Shown one piece after another: positions 39,982 to 49,754 of a stretch of DNA of 64,000 nt. Numbering within the stretch: position 1 is the stretch's first letter; each line of letters starts with the position of its first letter. Source of the stretch: Candidatus Woesearchaeota archaeon. Its GTDB lineage: Archaea > Nanobdellota > Nanobdellia > SCGC-AAA011-G17 > PNOQ01. The notes below the pieces were generated by a model. The model did no database searches and was not told where the DNA came from. It saw nothing but the letters and a program-made list of their open reading frames with translations. A program made the position numbers and the translations under genes. Where the stretch lies: contig JABIBT010000021.1 of the NCBI GenBank assembly GCA_018652625.1, forward strand, positions 14,502 through 78,501, given 5' to 3'.

Positions 39982-40731
39982 ATGGAGAAAAAAATGGAAA
40001 CAAAAAAAAGTTTAGATTATTATGATTATTATAATAATAAAGATTATGCTTTAAAAAGATTTAAGAAATTATCTAATTCAAATTATAGAAAGTTTTATGC
40101 TCATTTTTATAATAGAGTTTCAGTTAAAAAGGAGATGAAAGTTCTTGATGTGGGGTGTGGAGTTGGTTATTTTACTAATTTAGTAGAATTAAAAGGAGCA
40201 AAGGGGTTTGGTATTGATATCTCTAAAGAATGTATTAAATTAGCCAAAGAAAATTTTAAAGGAGAATTTTTAGAAGGAGATATTACTAAATTGCCCTACG
40301 AAAATAATTTTTTTGATGTAATCCATTGTGATGAAGTAATTGAACATTTGTCTTTAAATGAGGCTAGATTGATGGTAAATGAAATGCAGAGGGTATTAAA
40401 GAAAGGAGGGAGAATATATGTCAAGACCCCAAATAAAGAAGCTACCGGATATAGATGGTTACTTCAAAAGTTTAAGGGTCAACAAAAAATAAAGAAAAAT
40501 GATACCCATATATTTGAGTATACAAAACGGGAGTTGTATAATATGTTTAATAAATTTGGAATAAATTATATAAAACAAGAAACTTATATCCCTAATAAAG
40601 GTGTTTTAGGGGTTTTTTTGGGTAGTTTTTTTAGTTTTCCTATTTTGAGGAAATGGTTCGGAATAAAACTATTTATGGAAGCGAAGAAAATTAATGAACT
40701 AGATGATGTTGAGAAAATTCTAAATACTTGA
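39982..40731 (+). CDS. Class I SAM-dependent methyltransferase
   Basis: VLDVGCGVG, GIDIS, EVIEHL, RVLKKGG..TPN; SD GGAGG. Confidence 0.85.
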   Translation: MEKKMETKKSLDYYDYYNNKDYALKRFKKLSNSNYRKFYAHFYNRVSVKKEMKVLDVGCGVGYFTNLVELKGAKGFGIDISKECIKLAKENFKGEFLEGDITKLPYENNFFDVIHCDEVIEHLSLNEARLMVNEMQRVLKKGGRIYVKTPNKEATGYRWLLQKFKGQQKIKKNDTHIFEYTKRELYNMFNKFGINYIKQETYIPNKGVLGVFLGSFFSFPILRKWFGIKLFMEAKKINELDDVEKILNT

Positions 40732-40793
40732 GTTTTTTTATTAATATTTTTAATTTTATATTTTTTACATTAAAAATTTATTTTTTGATATAA

Positions 40794-40823
40794 TTTTTAT
40801 AGTTTATGATTTTGTTTTCTATT
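40794..40823. repeat. 30-bp direct repeat, copy 2
   Basis: Identical to 39655-39684. Confidence 0.85.
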
Positions 40824-40875
40824 AAATTAGCTCTTTCGGAATGTTTATAAAACCAACTTTATTCCACAAATTACG

Positions 40876-41781
40876 ATGCATAGGTTAAATTTTTGTGGAA
40901 CTTTATGTTTGCCCAATCAGGTTGAGGGATATCCTTCTAGGGGTATGAATGTTGTTAAGGATTTTGAAGAAGGGGCAGTGATTCCTATGGCAAAACCTGC
41001 AGCTACAAGACATATACTTTATTCTTCTAGACCTGTTGAGTATAATCTGAAAACTGACGAATCTAGAATATTACAAGCAAAGGATCTTGATAGTGAAGAT
41101 AAAATTAGTGCGTTATTGGCTAATCCAGATATGGTTGTTGGTAGTCCAGATCATGCCTTGGATACGGATTCAAGGTTGGATGCTGTTTTTTCTAGAAGGG
41201 ATGAAAATTTAAGACATATTGTTGATAGATTGTTCACTTATGACCAAAGAGATGTTCTTATTTTTATAAATAATGGAATAGGTACCAATGGAATTGTTAG
41301 AGATGAAAATGGTCTAGCCTATGCAGTTAAAAAAGATGGAAAAATATTTGATCAACATCAAAAAGGACTTCCTGGAAGTTATCAAAATTCTGCTCATGAA
41401 CATATTCATGTAATGCCCGCAAGCTCAGAACTGGATAGTGCATTGTTTTCGGGTTTGAAGGAGTTACATAAACATTATTCTTCCCATTGGGTTCCTTTAA
41501 ATGACCGTATTTCTGGAGTGAGAGATGGGGAATTACCTGAATTTGAAGCTGTGCCCTGTATAGCTATTTCTTTTATTGAATATGGGGCTAATTTGAATAG
41601 AGAATTATTATTTGGTTATTTTCCTGCAAACGATTTAATTGGAGAACAGAAAGGAATGGCGGGAATAGCAAGAAATCTTCTTCAAGCGCATAGTGAATCT
41701 CAAGGTATGTCTTTTGAAAAAGAAGATGTTAGAGATATGGTTAGTAGAACTGCAGATTTTTATGCTAAAATACTTAGTTGA
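40876..41781 (+). CDS. Divergent HIT-superfamily protein
   Basis: Q..SAHEHIHVMP histidine triad; remainder unrecognised. Confidence 0.5.
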   Translation: MHRLNFCGTLCLPNQVEGYPSRGMNVVKDFEEGAVIPMAKPAATRHILYSSRPVEYNLKTDESRILQAKDLDSEDKISALLANPDMVVGSPDHALDTDSRLDAVFSRRDENLRHIVDRLFTYDQRDVLIFINNGIGTNGIVRDENGLAYAVKKDGKIFDQHQKGLPGSYQNSAHEHIHVMPASSELDSALFSGLKELHKHYSSHWVPLNDRISGVRDGELPEFEAVPCIAISFIEYGANLNRELLFGYFPANDLIGEQKGMAGIARNLLQAHSESQGMSFEKEDVRDMVSRTADFYAKILS

Positions 41782-41784
41782 TTT

Positions 41785-43197
41785 TTGCTTAATAAGTTTT
41801 ATAAGTTGGATGTTTCTGCCCGTATTATGTTACAAGATTACTTAATTGATGAGCAATATAACTCTCCTTTAAAATTATTAAAAGAGAATAACTTGTCTTA
41901 TGTTTTATTCAAACAAACTAAAAAGTACAATCATTCTATTGGGGGACTTGATATTTTGATTACTCCAATAAAAAAGTATAAAGAATCTATCGATTTGTTG
42001 AATAAAAATGGATTTTCTATTTATTTTAGCGAAAAGAATGAGCCATACAAGACTATGATGGTTAAATACTGTGAAGGATTCTTATTAGTTTTACATATCC
42101 ACCGGCAAATTGGTTGGTTGGGGATGAAGTGTCTAACTGCAAATGAGGTTGAAAAAACTAAAATTAAATTAAATGAATTGGTTTATATTCCTTCTTTTGA
42201 AAATCAATTAATGATCCATATATCTCATATATTATTTGAAAATTATAAAATTGAAGAATATGAATATAGGTTGATTTCTGATTTATTAAAAAAAGAATTG
42301 GATTGGAAATATATTTATTCTATAACTGAGGCGTATGGTTGGAAATATTCTTTCTCTAGATTTATTGGATGTTTTAAAACCAACCCAGAGGAATTGTTTT
42401 CTAATTCTAAGAATTTTCCTTATTCTTTGAAAAATTCTTTCACAGTCCCTGCAAATTTTAAAAGAATTTTTAGTAAAGATTTTGGTTTGATTAGTTGGTT
42501 TTTGTTTAAACAGATTTTTCAATTCTTTTCAAAAAGAGCTTCTCTAAAAAGGAAGGGAACTTTGATTGCTTTTTCTGGAGTTAATGGTTCTGGCAAAACC
42601 ACCCTAAGTAAGGGTCTCTTGAAGGCATATGCAAAACTCTTTGATAGACTAAATCTTAATTCAGAATATTATTACTTTGGTTGGAAACCAATTTTTCCTT
42701 GGACAAAATTAATTTCAAAGAAAATGGAAAAAAAGGGTAAAAGAGTATATGATGAGTCTATAAATAAAGAAAAGATACCAAATTTTAGTTTAAAATTGGA
42801 ATTATTGTTTTTGTATGTTTTTATTGAAGATTTATTTAGATACTTGTTTCATATTTATCCAAAGTTAAGAAAAAGAGAATTGGTAGTGTCAGACAGATAT
42901 TTTTATAGAATGTATGGGCAATATCCTTATGCCAAAAATAGCAGATTGATAAAATACTTGGTTAAAATGTTTCCTAGGCCAGATTTTACTTTTTTGTTGG
43001 AGGTTGAAGTGGATATATTGGCAGAAAGAAGAAAAGACCAGACTAGACAAAACTTAGAAGAGCAACGTGATAATTATACAAATTTAATTAAGATTGTAAA
43101 ACCAATAAGAGTTAAAAGTAGAAAGTTTGTTGACAAAAACTTATATAAATTGATTGAAGTTACATGGAAAGATATGTTTAGGAAACTGGGGTATTGA
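41785..43197 (+). CDS. Nucleotidyltransferase-like + thymidylate-kinase-like fusion (copy A)
   Basis: GGLDILI, LHIH; P-loop GVNGSGKTT, DRY, PRPD, ERR. Confidence 0.65.
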   Translation: MLNKFYKLDVSARIMLQDYLIDEQYNSPLKLLKENNLSYVLFKQTKKYNHSIGGLDILITPIKKYKESIDLLNKNGFSIYFSEKNEPYKTMMVKYCEGFLLVLHIHRQIGWLGMKCLTANEVEKTKIKLNELVYIPSFENQLMIHISHILFENYKIEEYEYRLISDLLKKELDWKYIYSITEAYGWKYSFSRFIGCFKTNPEELFSNSKNFPYSLKNSFTVPANFKRIFSKDFGLISWFLFKQIFQFFSKRASLKRKGTLIAFSGVNGSGKTTLSKGLLKAYAKLFDRLNLNSEYYYFGWKPIFPWTKLISKKMEKKGKRVYDESINKEKIPNFSLKLELLFLYVFIEDLFRYLFHIYPKLRKRELVVSDRYFYRMYGQYPYAKNSRLIKYLVKMFPRPDFTFLLEVEVDILAERRKDQTRQNLEEQRDNYTNLIKIVKPIRVKSRKFVDKNLYKLIEVTWKDMFRKLGY

Positions 43198-43198
43198 G

Positions 43199-44497
43199 AT
43201 GTATGAATCAACTGAAATTATAAAAATAATATTGAATGAATTTGATTCAAGTAATCTTGATTATGCAATTATTAGAAACTATGGTTTTTTGTCTGATGAT
43301 AATGAACAAGTTGGAAAGGATGTAGATATTGTCATAGAAGAAGAAAAGGCTAATGAATTTGGAAGTATACTTACTTCTAATGGTTTTTTTAGGCAACCTA
43401 TAAGCCCCCATTCTAGTCATTCTGGATTTTGGAAATATTTACCTGAAGAGAAAAAGTTAGTTAAATTCCATTTTCATGAAGGTGGCATTTCTGGGAATAG
43501 TATACCTTATCTTAAAGCAAAACAAGTTTTGGAAAGAAGAAGAAAAATGGACTCTTTTTATGTAATATCTGATGAGGACTTGTTAATTAATATTCTCTTT
43601 CATTCAAAATTAAGCGGAGAAAAAGCTAGATATGCTCCATTAGTTAGAGAGCTTCGTAAAAAGAGATTAGATACTAGTTATGTTTTTAATTCAATAAAAG
43701 ATATTTTGGGTAGAGAATTGTCAAAGAATATGTTTCATGCATATAAGGAATTAAATTTTGAGAAGTTGGATAACTTGAAACCCGAAATTAAGAAATCCTT
43801 GGTTATGAGAAATCCTTTTCCAGTTTTTAGGACTTTGTTTTTGAGCTCTTTATGGAAAATTGGTAGATTGATTAAACCTAGCCCATTAGTGTGCTTTATT
43901 GGTATGGATGGTTCTGGGAAAAGCACCGTTACTAGTAACTTATCTGATGTTTTTAAGAAGAATAAATTGAAGTCTTCATTAATATATACTGGGAGAGGTA
44001 GAAATAATCTTCTTCCAATACAATTCTTTGGTAGAAAGTATAAAGCTAAAGAGAAAAAAGAGGAGACTTCGGAAAAAAGATCAAATAAATCTTTGAAAAA
44101 GAAATTAATTTATTCATTAGCTGCTCCGGTTTTTGCTTTGGATTTGTACTTAAGATATTTGAAAGATATTTTTCCTAAAAGAATTAAAGATGAAATTGTT
44201 ATTGTAGATAGGTATGCTACCGATTTATTATTAATGAAAAATGTTAATAATAAATTAAGAAAAGTATTGTATTCTATTTTTCCAAAGCCAACAATGGTTT
44301 TTTATTTGTATAATGATCCAGAACTTCTTTATCAGAGAAAGCCCGGCCATCCAGCAGGAGATTTAGAAAGGCAGGAAAAGTTATTTGATATGATTTTACC
44401 AACGTTGGATAATTTGAATAAAATTAAGTCTGAAAGTGAAAAACAAACGTTAGATGATGTTTCTAATTTATTATTTCCCAAATTTTTAAACCATTGA
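43199..44497 (+). CDS. Nucleotidyltransferase-like + thymidylate-kinase-like fusion (copy B)
   Basis: IIRNY, GKDVDIVI; P-loop GMDGSGKST, DRY, PKPT, QRK; start moved to ATG 43199. Confidence 0.7.
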   Translation: MYESTEIIKIILNEFDSSNLDYAIIRNYGFLSDDNEQVGKDVDIVIEEEKANEFGSILTSNGFFRQPISPHSSHSGFWKYLPEEKKLVKFHFHEGGISGNSIPYLKAKQVLERRRKMDSFYVISDEDLLINILFHSKLSGEKARYAPLVRELRKKRLDTSYVFNSIKDILGRELSKNMFHAYKELNFEKLDNLKPEIKKSLVMRNPFPVFRTLFLSSLWKIGRLIKPSPLVCFIGMDGSGKSTVTSNLSDVFKKNKLKSSLIYTGRGRNNLLPIQFFGRKYKAKEKKEETSEKRSNKSLKKKLIYSLAAPVFALDLYLRYLKDIFPKRIKDEIVIVDRYATDLLLMKNVNNKLRKVLYSIFPKPTMVFYLYNDPELLYQRKPGHPAGDLERQEKLFDMILPTLDNLNKIKSESEKQTLDDVSNLLFPKFLNH

Positions 44498-45487
44498 ATT
44501 GTATAATTTTAGGTACCTATTGAACATCTTTTTCTCAGTGTATTCTTCTAAAATTCTTTCTCTTGCTTTTTTTCCTAAGTTAATTCTTTTTTCTTTATTA
44601 TTCAATAAATCTACAATTTTGTTTTTTATTTGATTTGGAGAATTTGGTTTGACATACTCTACTGAATCCTGTGCAACTTCTTTTAGATTTTCTAGATTTG
44701 TTGTGATAACTGCCCTTTCACATGCCATCGTTTCTAGAAGTACCAATGGAATTCCTGTTGCTCCAGCCTTAGTTCTATATGGAATTACTATTATGTCGCT
44801 TTCATTGTATGTTTTTTCTATGTTTTCTACTTTTCCAAATACTTTTATTTTTTTGTTATGTTTTTTTGCAAGCTTTTCTGTTTTTTTAGAAAATTCTGAA
44901 AGGTAGATATGTAATTCTACATTGGATTTTATTTTCCCAAATGCCTTTATTACGTCATAAACTCCTTTCAAAGAATCGTTGTGTCCAAAATATGAAACTC
45001 TCAAGGTATTCCTTTTTATTTTTAAATTTTTGAATCTTTTTTCATCTATTCCGAAAGGGATAACCCTTATATTTGAAAGGTTTAGTTCATTTTTCATGTG
45101 GAGAGTCGGAACAACTAAAATGTTCATATTTTTTAGATAGTGTTTTTTTAATTTCAGGGGGATTAGTGAACTTAAGGATGGTAAGAACATATCTTTAATT
45201 CTTGAGTGCCCTTTTGGATACTCTTGCCCAAGTTTGAGATTGGATTCTAATGTGTTGAAGAAAGTTTTGTACCCCTTTTCATTTATGTATGAATAAAGAG
45301 AGTATATTTTTTTTATCTTTTCATTTTTTATTGAGGAAAAGAATCCATGAGAGTGAATATGTCTGAAATCTTCCCCATTATTTACAAATTCTATCTTATT
45401 TTTTTGCATAAACTCTTTTATTTTTTTAGATATAATAGTTAGCCCTTCGGTTGAAAATTCTCCTGGTGAGAGATAATTAACTTTCAT
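44486..45487 (-). CDS. GT4 glycosyltransferase
   Basis: KGV, TGIPLVLLETMACERAVI. Confidence 0.82.
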   Translation of the reverse strand: MKVNYLSPGEFSTEGLTIISKKIKEFMQKNKIEFVNNGEDFRHIHSHGFFSSIKNEKIKKIYSLYSYINEKGYKTFFNTLESNLKLGQEYPKGHSRIKDMFLPSLSSLIPLKLKKHYLKNMNILVVPTLHMKNELNLSNIRVIPFGIDEKRFKNLKIKRNTLRVSYFGHNDSLKGVYDVIKAFGKIKSNVELHIYLSEFSKKTEKLAKKHNKKIKVFGKVENIEKTYNESDIIVIPYRTKAGATGIPLVLLETMACERAVITTNLENLKEVAQDSVEYVKPNSPNQIKNKIVDLLNNKEKRINLGKKARERILEEYTEKKMFNRYLKLYNSMV

Positions 45488-46107
45488 TTTTTAATCATGA
45501 TTAAAGTTTGAACTTTTTTATTTAGTAGAAGATTTATTATTGTTTTTATTGGCTTGTTTTTTCTTAAGAAATATTGATATTCTATTACTCTAATCTTATT
45601 TTTTGGATACAATCTTTTTATTAATCTAAACCAATCTTTACTAGACATCAATCTTTCATTTCCTACATCTTTAGTACCATAATTCTTGTTTGGTACACTA
45701 ACGAAAATCATATCCTTACAAACTCTTAATTGTTCATCAGTTATTTTTTTTATTTCTTTATTTGAAAAATGTTCATATAGTCCCTGTGAAAAACTTATAT
45801 CGAATGAATTATCTTTGAATTCTAGATTGAATCCATCTCCTACTTTGAATTCTGCACTTCCGTTAAATTTTTTGTTATTCTTTTTTGCTATTTCAATTAC
45901 TCCTTTATCACTATCAATTGAAACTACCTTGTATCCAAGATGACTTAGGAGTATTCCCATTACTCCTGAACCCGAACCAACTTCTAGAATTTTTTTTGGA
46001 TTTCTTTTAGCCATTTCACTAAAAAATTCATGACTATAGAAGTTTCCTAAAAATTCTTTTAAAGTTATTTTGTGACTATAAAATTCTGTCCAGCTTTTAA
46101 TCCCCAT
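45484..46107 (-). CDS. Class I SAM-dependent methyltransferase
   Basis: LEVGSGSG, SID, GLYEHF, SVPN. Confidence 0.85.
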   Translation of the reverse strand: MGIKSWTEFYSHKITLKEFLGNFYSHEFFSEMAKRNPKKILEVGSGSGVMGILLSHLGYKVVSIDSDKGVIEIAKKNNKKFNGSAEFKVGDGFNLEFKDNSFDISFSQGLYEHFSNKEIKKITDEQLRVCKDMIFVSVPNKNYGTKDVGNERLMSSKDWFRLIKRLYPKNKIRVIEYQYFLRKNKPIKTIINLLLNKKVQTLIMIKK

Positions 46108-46193
46108 ATTTTAGGCTAAAATCGAGGTTAATTTATAAACCTTATGAATTTTATGTTGGAAAGCTTTATAATCCAATCTTTTTTCTCTTTTCT

Positions 46194-47240
46194 ATGAAGA
46201 GAGCCTTGATAACTGGTGTTACTGGTCAGGACGGTGCGTATTTGGCCCAATTTCTATTAAAGAAAGGTTATGATGTTTATGCTATCTATAGAAGGTCTTC
46301 TACTCCTAATTTTTGGAGACTACAAACCCTGGGAATTTTAGATAAGATAAAATTGATTCCTGCAGATATGGCAGATATGGGTGCTTTAATGGAAGCAGTC
46401 AAGATTGCTGACCCTGATGAAGTGTACAATTTAGCTGCTCAAAGTTATGTTGCTGCTAGTTTTGATCAACCTTTGTTTACGGCAGATGTTGATGGGTTGG
46501 GAGTTACTAGATTGTTAGAGATAGTAAGAAATTACAATAAAGAGATAAAAATTTATCAGGCATCTACTAGTGAACTTTATGGTGGCGTTAAGAAAATGCC
46601 ACAAGATGAGAAAACAGCATTCATACCAAATTCTCCTTATGCTGCTGCAAAATTGTATTCTTATCATATGATGAAGATATATAGAGAAGGATATGGAATG
46701 TTTGCTTGTAATGGAATTTTGTTTAATCATGAAAGTCCGTTAAGAGGACTGGAGTTTGTTACTAGAAAGATAACTAATGCTGCTGCCAGAATAAAATTAG
46801 GATTACAAAAAGATTTAGAATTGGGAAATCTTGATCCAAAAAGAGATTGGGGATTTGCACCAGATTATGTTAGATGTATGTGGATGATGTTACAACGAGA
46901 CAAGCCCGAGGATTTTGTTATTGCAACTGGAGAAACACATAGTGTTCAAGAATTTGTGGATACTACTTTTTCTTCTTTGAAATTGAATTGGAAGGACCAT
47001 GTTAAAATAAATAAAAAATTTGTTAGGCCATTAGATGTTTTTCATTTATGTGGAAATCCCGCTAAAGCAAGAAAAGAATTAAAATGGAAACCCCAAATTA
47101 AGTTTAAGGAACTGGTTAAAATTATGACTAAGGCGGATTTAGATAGATGGAAAAAGCATCTTAAAGGAGAGACTTTTCATTGGGATGCACCAAATTATCC
47201 TGATAATATAAATATTTATAAAAGGAGTCTTGATAAATAA
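46194..47240 (+). CDS. gmd: GDP-mannose 4,6-dehydratase
   Basis: GVTGQDGAYL, NLAAQSYV, QASTSELYG, SPYAAAK, LFNHESPLRG, RDWG. Confidence 0.95.
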   Translation: MKRALITGVTGQDGAYLAQFLLKKGYDVYAIYRRSSTPNFWRLQTLGILDKIKLIPADMADMGALMEAVKIADPDEVYNLAAQSYVAASFDQPLFTADVDGLGVTRLLEIVRNYNKEIKIYQASTSELYGGVKKMPQDEKTAFIPNSPYAAAKLYSYHMMKIYREGYGMFACNGILFNHESPLRGLEFVTRKITNAAARIKLGLQKDLELGNLDPKRDWGFAPDYVRCMWMMLQRDKPEDFVIATGETHSVQEFVDTTFSSLKLNWKDHVKINKKFVRPLDVFHLCGNPAKARKELKWKPQIKFKELVKIMTKADLDRWKKHLKGETFHWDAPNYPDNINIYKRSLDK

Positions 47241-47680
47241 TGATAATGGAAATCAAAAAGAGTATTGAAGGATTTGAAAAGATATTCCATAATAATCAGT
47301 TGCTAGCTATTGTTGTTAGAGATAATTTTAACGAAGCTGGCCCAACTTTTTTTACTGAACAAGAACATGGATTCCAGTTAGCAGTTCATAATGTTGAAAA
47401 GGGTAAAAGATACAAAGCACATATTTCTTTACCATTTAAAACTCTTGAAAATTTAAATCCTAATAAAGTTTATTTTATGAAAAAAGGGAAATCTAAAATT
47501 GATCTTTATGATAATGAAGGCTTGTCTGTTGGAGAAATGGTTTTGAACCAAGGAGATTTAATTCTATTTATTAGTGGCGGACATGGATGTGATATTTTAG
47601 ATGATTCCTTTATGATTGAGTTAAAGCAAGGCCCTTATAGGGGTATCGAGGACGATAAAAAATTCTTGGAGAATAGTTAA
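47240..47680 (+). CDS. Cupin-like protein of nucleotide-sugar cluster
   Basis: AHI, GGHG, ELKQGPY motifs. Confidence 0.6.
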   Translation: MIMEIKKSIEGFEKIFHNNQLLAIVVRDNFNEAGPTFFTEQEHGFQLAVHNVEKGKRYKAHISLPFKTLENLNPNKVYFMKKGKSKIDLYDNEGLSVGEMVLNQGDLILFISGGHGCDILDDSFMIELKQGPYRGIEDDKKFLENS

Positions 47681-47681
47681 A

Positions 47682-48137
47682 GTGTCTGGTAAGTTATCTG
47701 ATGAATTGTATACGAAGTTTCATGAGAGTATGCCTATTTTTTGTGTTGATATTGTTTTAAAAAATTCTGAAGGAGGATTTTTATTGGTTAAACGATCAAA
47801 TGAGCCTGCAAATGGGCAGTGGTGGCTTCCCGGAGGAAGATTACTTCGAAATGAAACTATTGATGAGGCTGCTGTAAGAAAAATAAAAGAGGAAGTTGGA
47901 CTAGATATTAAATTGTTTAAAGGAATGAATAAGTGTTATGAATTAATTTTTAATGAGTCTCCTTTTTCTCACGGCAGAGGAACACATAACGTTACTACTT
48001 GTGTTTCTGCCGAAGTTTCTGATTTTGATGATTTTAAATTAGATGGAAATCATTCCGAGTTAAAATTGTTTCATAAAGTTGATGAAGATTGGCATCCTTA
48101 CGTCAAAGAATGTTTGAGAGAGGCAGGAATAAGATGA
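47682..48137 (+). CDS. NUDIX hydrolase, GDP-mannose mannosyl hydrolase-like
   Basis: CVDIV, RSNEPA.GQWWLPGGR, E..R...EEVG, GTHN. Confidence 0.8.
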   Translation: MSGKLSDELYTKFHESMPIFCVDIVLKNSEGGFLLVKRSNEPANGQWWLPGGRLLRNETIDEAAVRKIKEEVGLDIKLFKGMNKCYELIFNESPFSHGRGTHNVTTCVSAEVSDFDDFKLDGNHSELKLFHKVDEDWHPYVKECLREAGIR

Positions 48138-49243
48138 TACCAGTTTGTGAACCTACTTTAACTGGAAAAGAAAAGGAATATGTTGGCCAGTGTTTTGATA
48201 CTAATTGGATCTCTTCTGCTGGAGAGTTTATTAAAAAATTCGAAGATGGCTTTTCAGAATATTGTGGTGTTCGACATGGCGTTGCTTGTAGTAATGGAAG
48301 TACGGCTTTACATTTAGCAGTGGAATCTTTGGGAATTGGAAAAGGTGATGAAGTTATTATGCCCGACTTTACAATTATTTCGTGTGCTAAATCAATTTTA
48401 CAATCTGGAGCTAAACCTGTTTTTATTGATGTTGAATCAGATACTTGGAATATTGATCCAAAGAAGATTAGAGAGAAAATTAATTCTAATACGAAGGCCA
48501 TTATGGTTGTACATCTTTTTGGTCACCCTTGTGAAATGGATGAAATTATGCAAATAGCTAGCGAACATAATCTGAAAATTATTGAAGATTGTGCTGAAGC
48601 GCACGGTGCAGAATATAAAGGAAAAAAAGTTGGTTCTTTTGGGGATGTTGCTTGTTTTAGTTTTTATTCTAATAAAATTATTACAACTGGTGAAGGGGGA
48701 ATGGTTATTACAAACAGCGACGAGATTGCTGAAAGATTAAGGTTATTGAGGAATCTTGCTTTTACTGAACCCAGATTTGTTCATCATGATTTTGGATATA
48801 ATTATAGACTTACTAATGTACAGGCTGCCATGGGGGTAGCACAATTGGAGAATATTGATAATTTTGTTAAGGCCAGAATTAATAACGCTAAATCTTACAA
48901 CGAGTTTTTTAAAAATTCTGATTTAGTAAGAACCCCAATTTGTAGGGAAGGAAGTAAAACAGTTTATTGGATGTATTCTGTTTTGTTGAATCAACATGAT
49001 CGAGATGATGTTATGAATAAATTAAATGAGAAAGGGATACAAACTAGAACTTTGTTTTATCCAATGCACATGCAACCTTTATTGAAAGAGAAAGGACTTG
49101 TTGATGAAAATGAGAGATTCCCAGTTTCTGAAGATTTGTGGAAAAGGGGATTTTATTTGCCTTCAAGTAGCTCTTTAACTATGGAACAGATAAAATTTAT
49201 AAGTGAGACCTTGTTAGGGGTTTTGAATGGAAATACCAACTAA
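48134..49243 (+). CDS. DegT/DnrJ aminotransferase, GDP-perosamine synthase-like
   Basis: NWISSAG, EDCAEAHG, FSFYSNKIITTGEGG, GYNYRLTN; downstream of gmd; start moved to 48134. Confidence 0.85.
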   Translation: MIPVCEPTLTGKEKEYVGQCFDTNWISSAGEFIKKFEDGFSEYCGVRHGVACSNGSTALHLAVESLGIGKGDEVIMPDFTIISCAKSILQSGAKPVFIDVESDTWNIDPKKIREKINSNTKAIMVVHLFGHPCEMDEIMQIASEHNLKIIEDCAEAHGAEYKGKKVGSFGDVACFSFYSNKIITTGEGGMVITNSDEIAERLRLLRNLAFTEPRFVHHDFGYNYRLTNVQAAMGVAQLENIDNFVKARINNAKSYNEFFKNSDLVRTPICREGSKTVYWMYSVLLNQHDRDDVMNKLNEKGIQTRTLFYPMHMQPLLKEKGLVDENERFPVSEDLWKRGFYLPSSSSLTMEQIKFISETLLGVLNGNTN

Positions 49244-49754
49244 ATTAAATATTGGATGTGGAAAAGATTCTAAGCCAGGTTATTATAATGTTGATTTGAT
49301 TAAATTTGATGGTGTTGATAAGGTTTTAGATTTGGATAAATTCCCATATGATTTACCTTCTGATCATTTTGATGAAATCTATTGTAAGTCTGTTTTACAA
49401 TGTGTAAAAAATCCAACTGAAGTTGTGAGTGAATTTCATAGATTATTGAAGAAAGGAGGAAGACTATACTTTGATGTTCCACATTTTAGTTCTAAAAACT
49501 GTTGGAAGGACATAACTCATAGAAGAGGATATGCGTTTCACTCTTTTGATATTTTTATGGATAATAATTTTTATGTAAGTGGTGCCAAGGTTTCTTTTTC
49601 TAGGATGAAAAGAAAATTATTTTTTGGTAAAAAGTATGCTATTTGGAATTATTTAATTGAACCATTGGCAAATAAGTATCCTAACTTATATGAAGATACT
49701 TGTTTAAGGGCTTTGTTTCCTGGTTTAGTTTTGAAAATTGAGTTTATTAAGTAA
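49227..49754 (+). CDS. Small SAM methyltransferase-like protein
   Basis: LNIGCG..GYYNVD, HRLLKKGG, VPH, DITH. Confidence 0.75.
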   Translation: MEIPTKLNIGCGKDSKPGYYNVDLIKFDGVDKVLDLDKFPYDLPSDHFDEIYCKSVLQCVKNPTEVVSEFHRLLKKGGRLYFDVPHFSSKNCWKDITHRRGYAFHSFDIFMDNNFYVSGAKVSFSRMKRKLFFGKKYAIWNYLIEPLANKYPNLYEDTCLRALFPGLVLKIEFIK

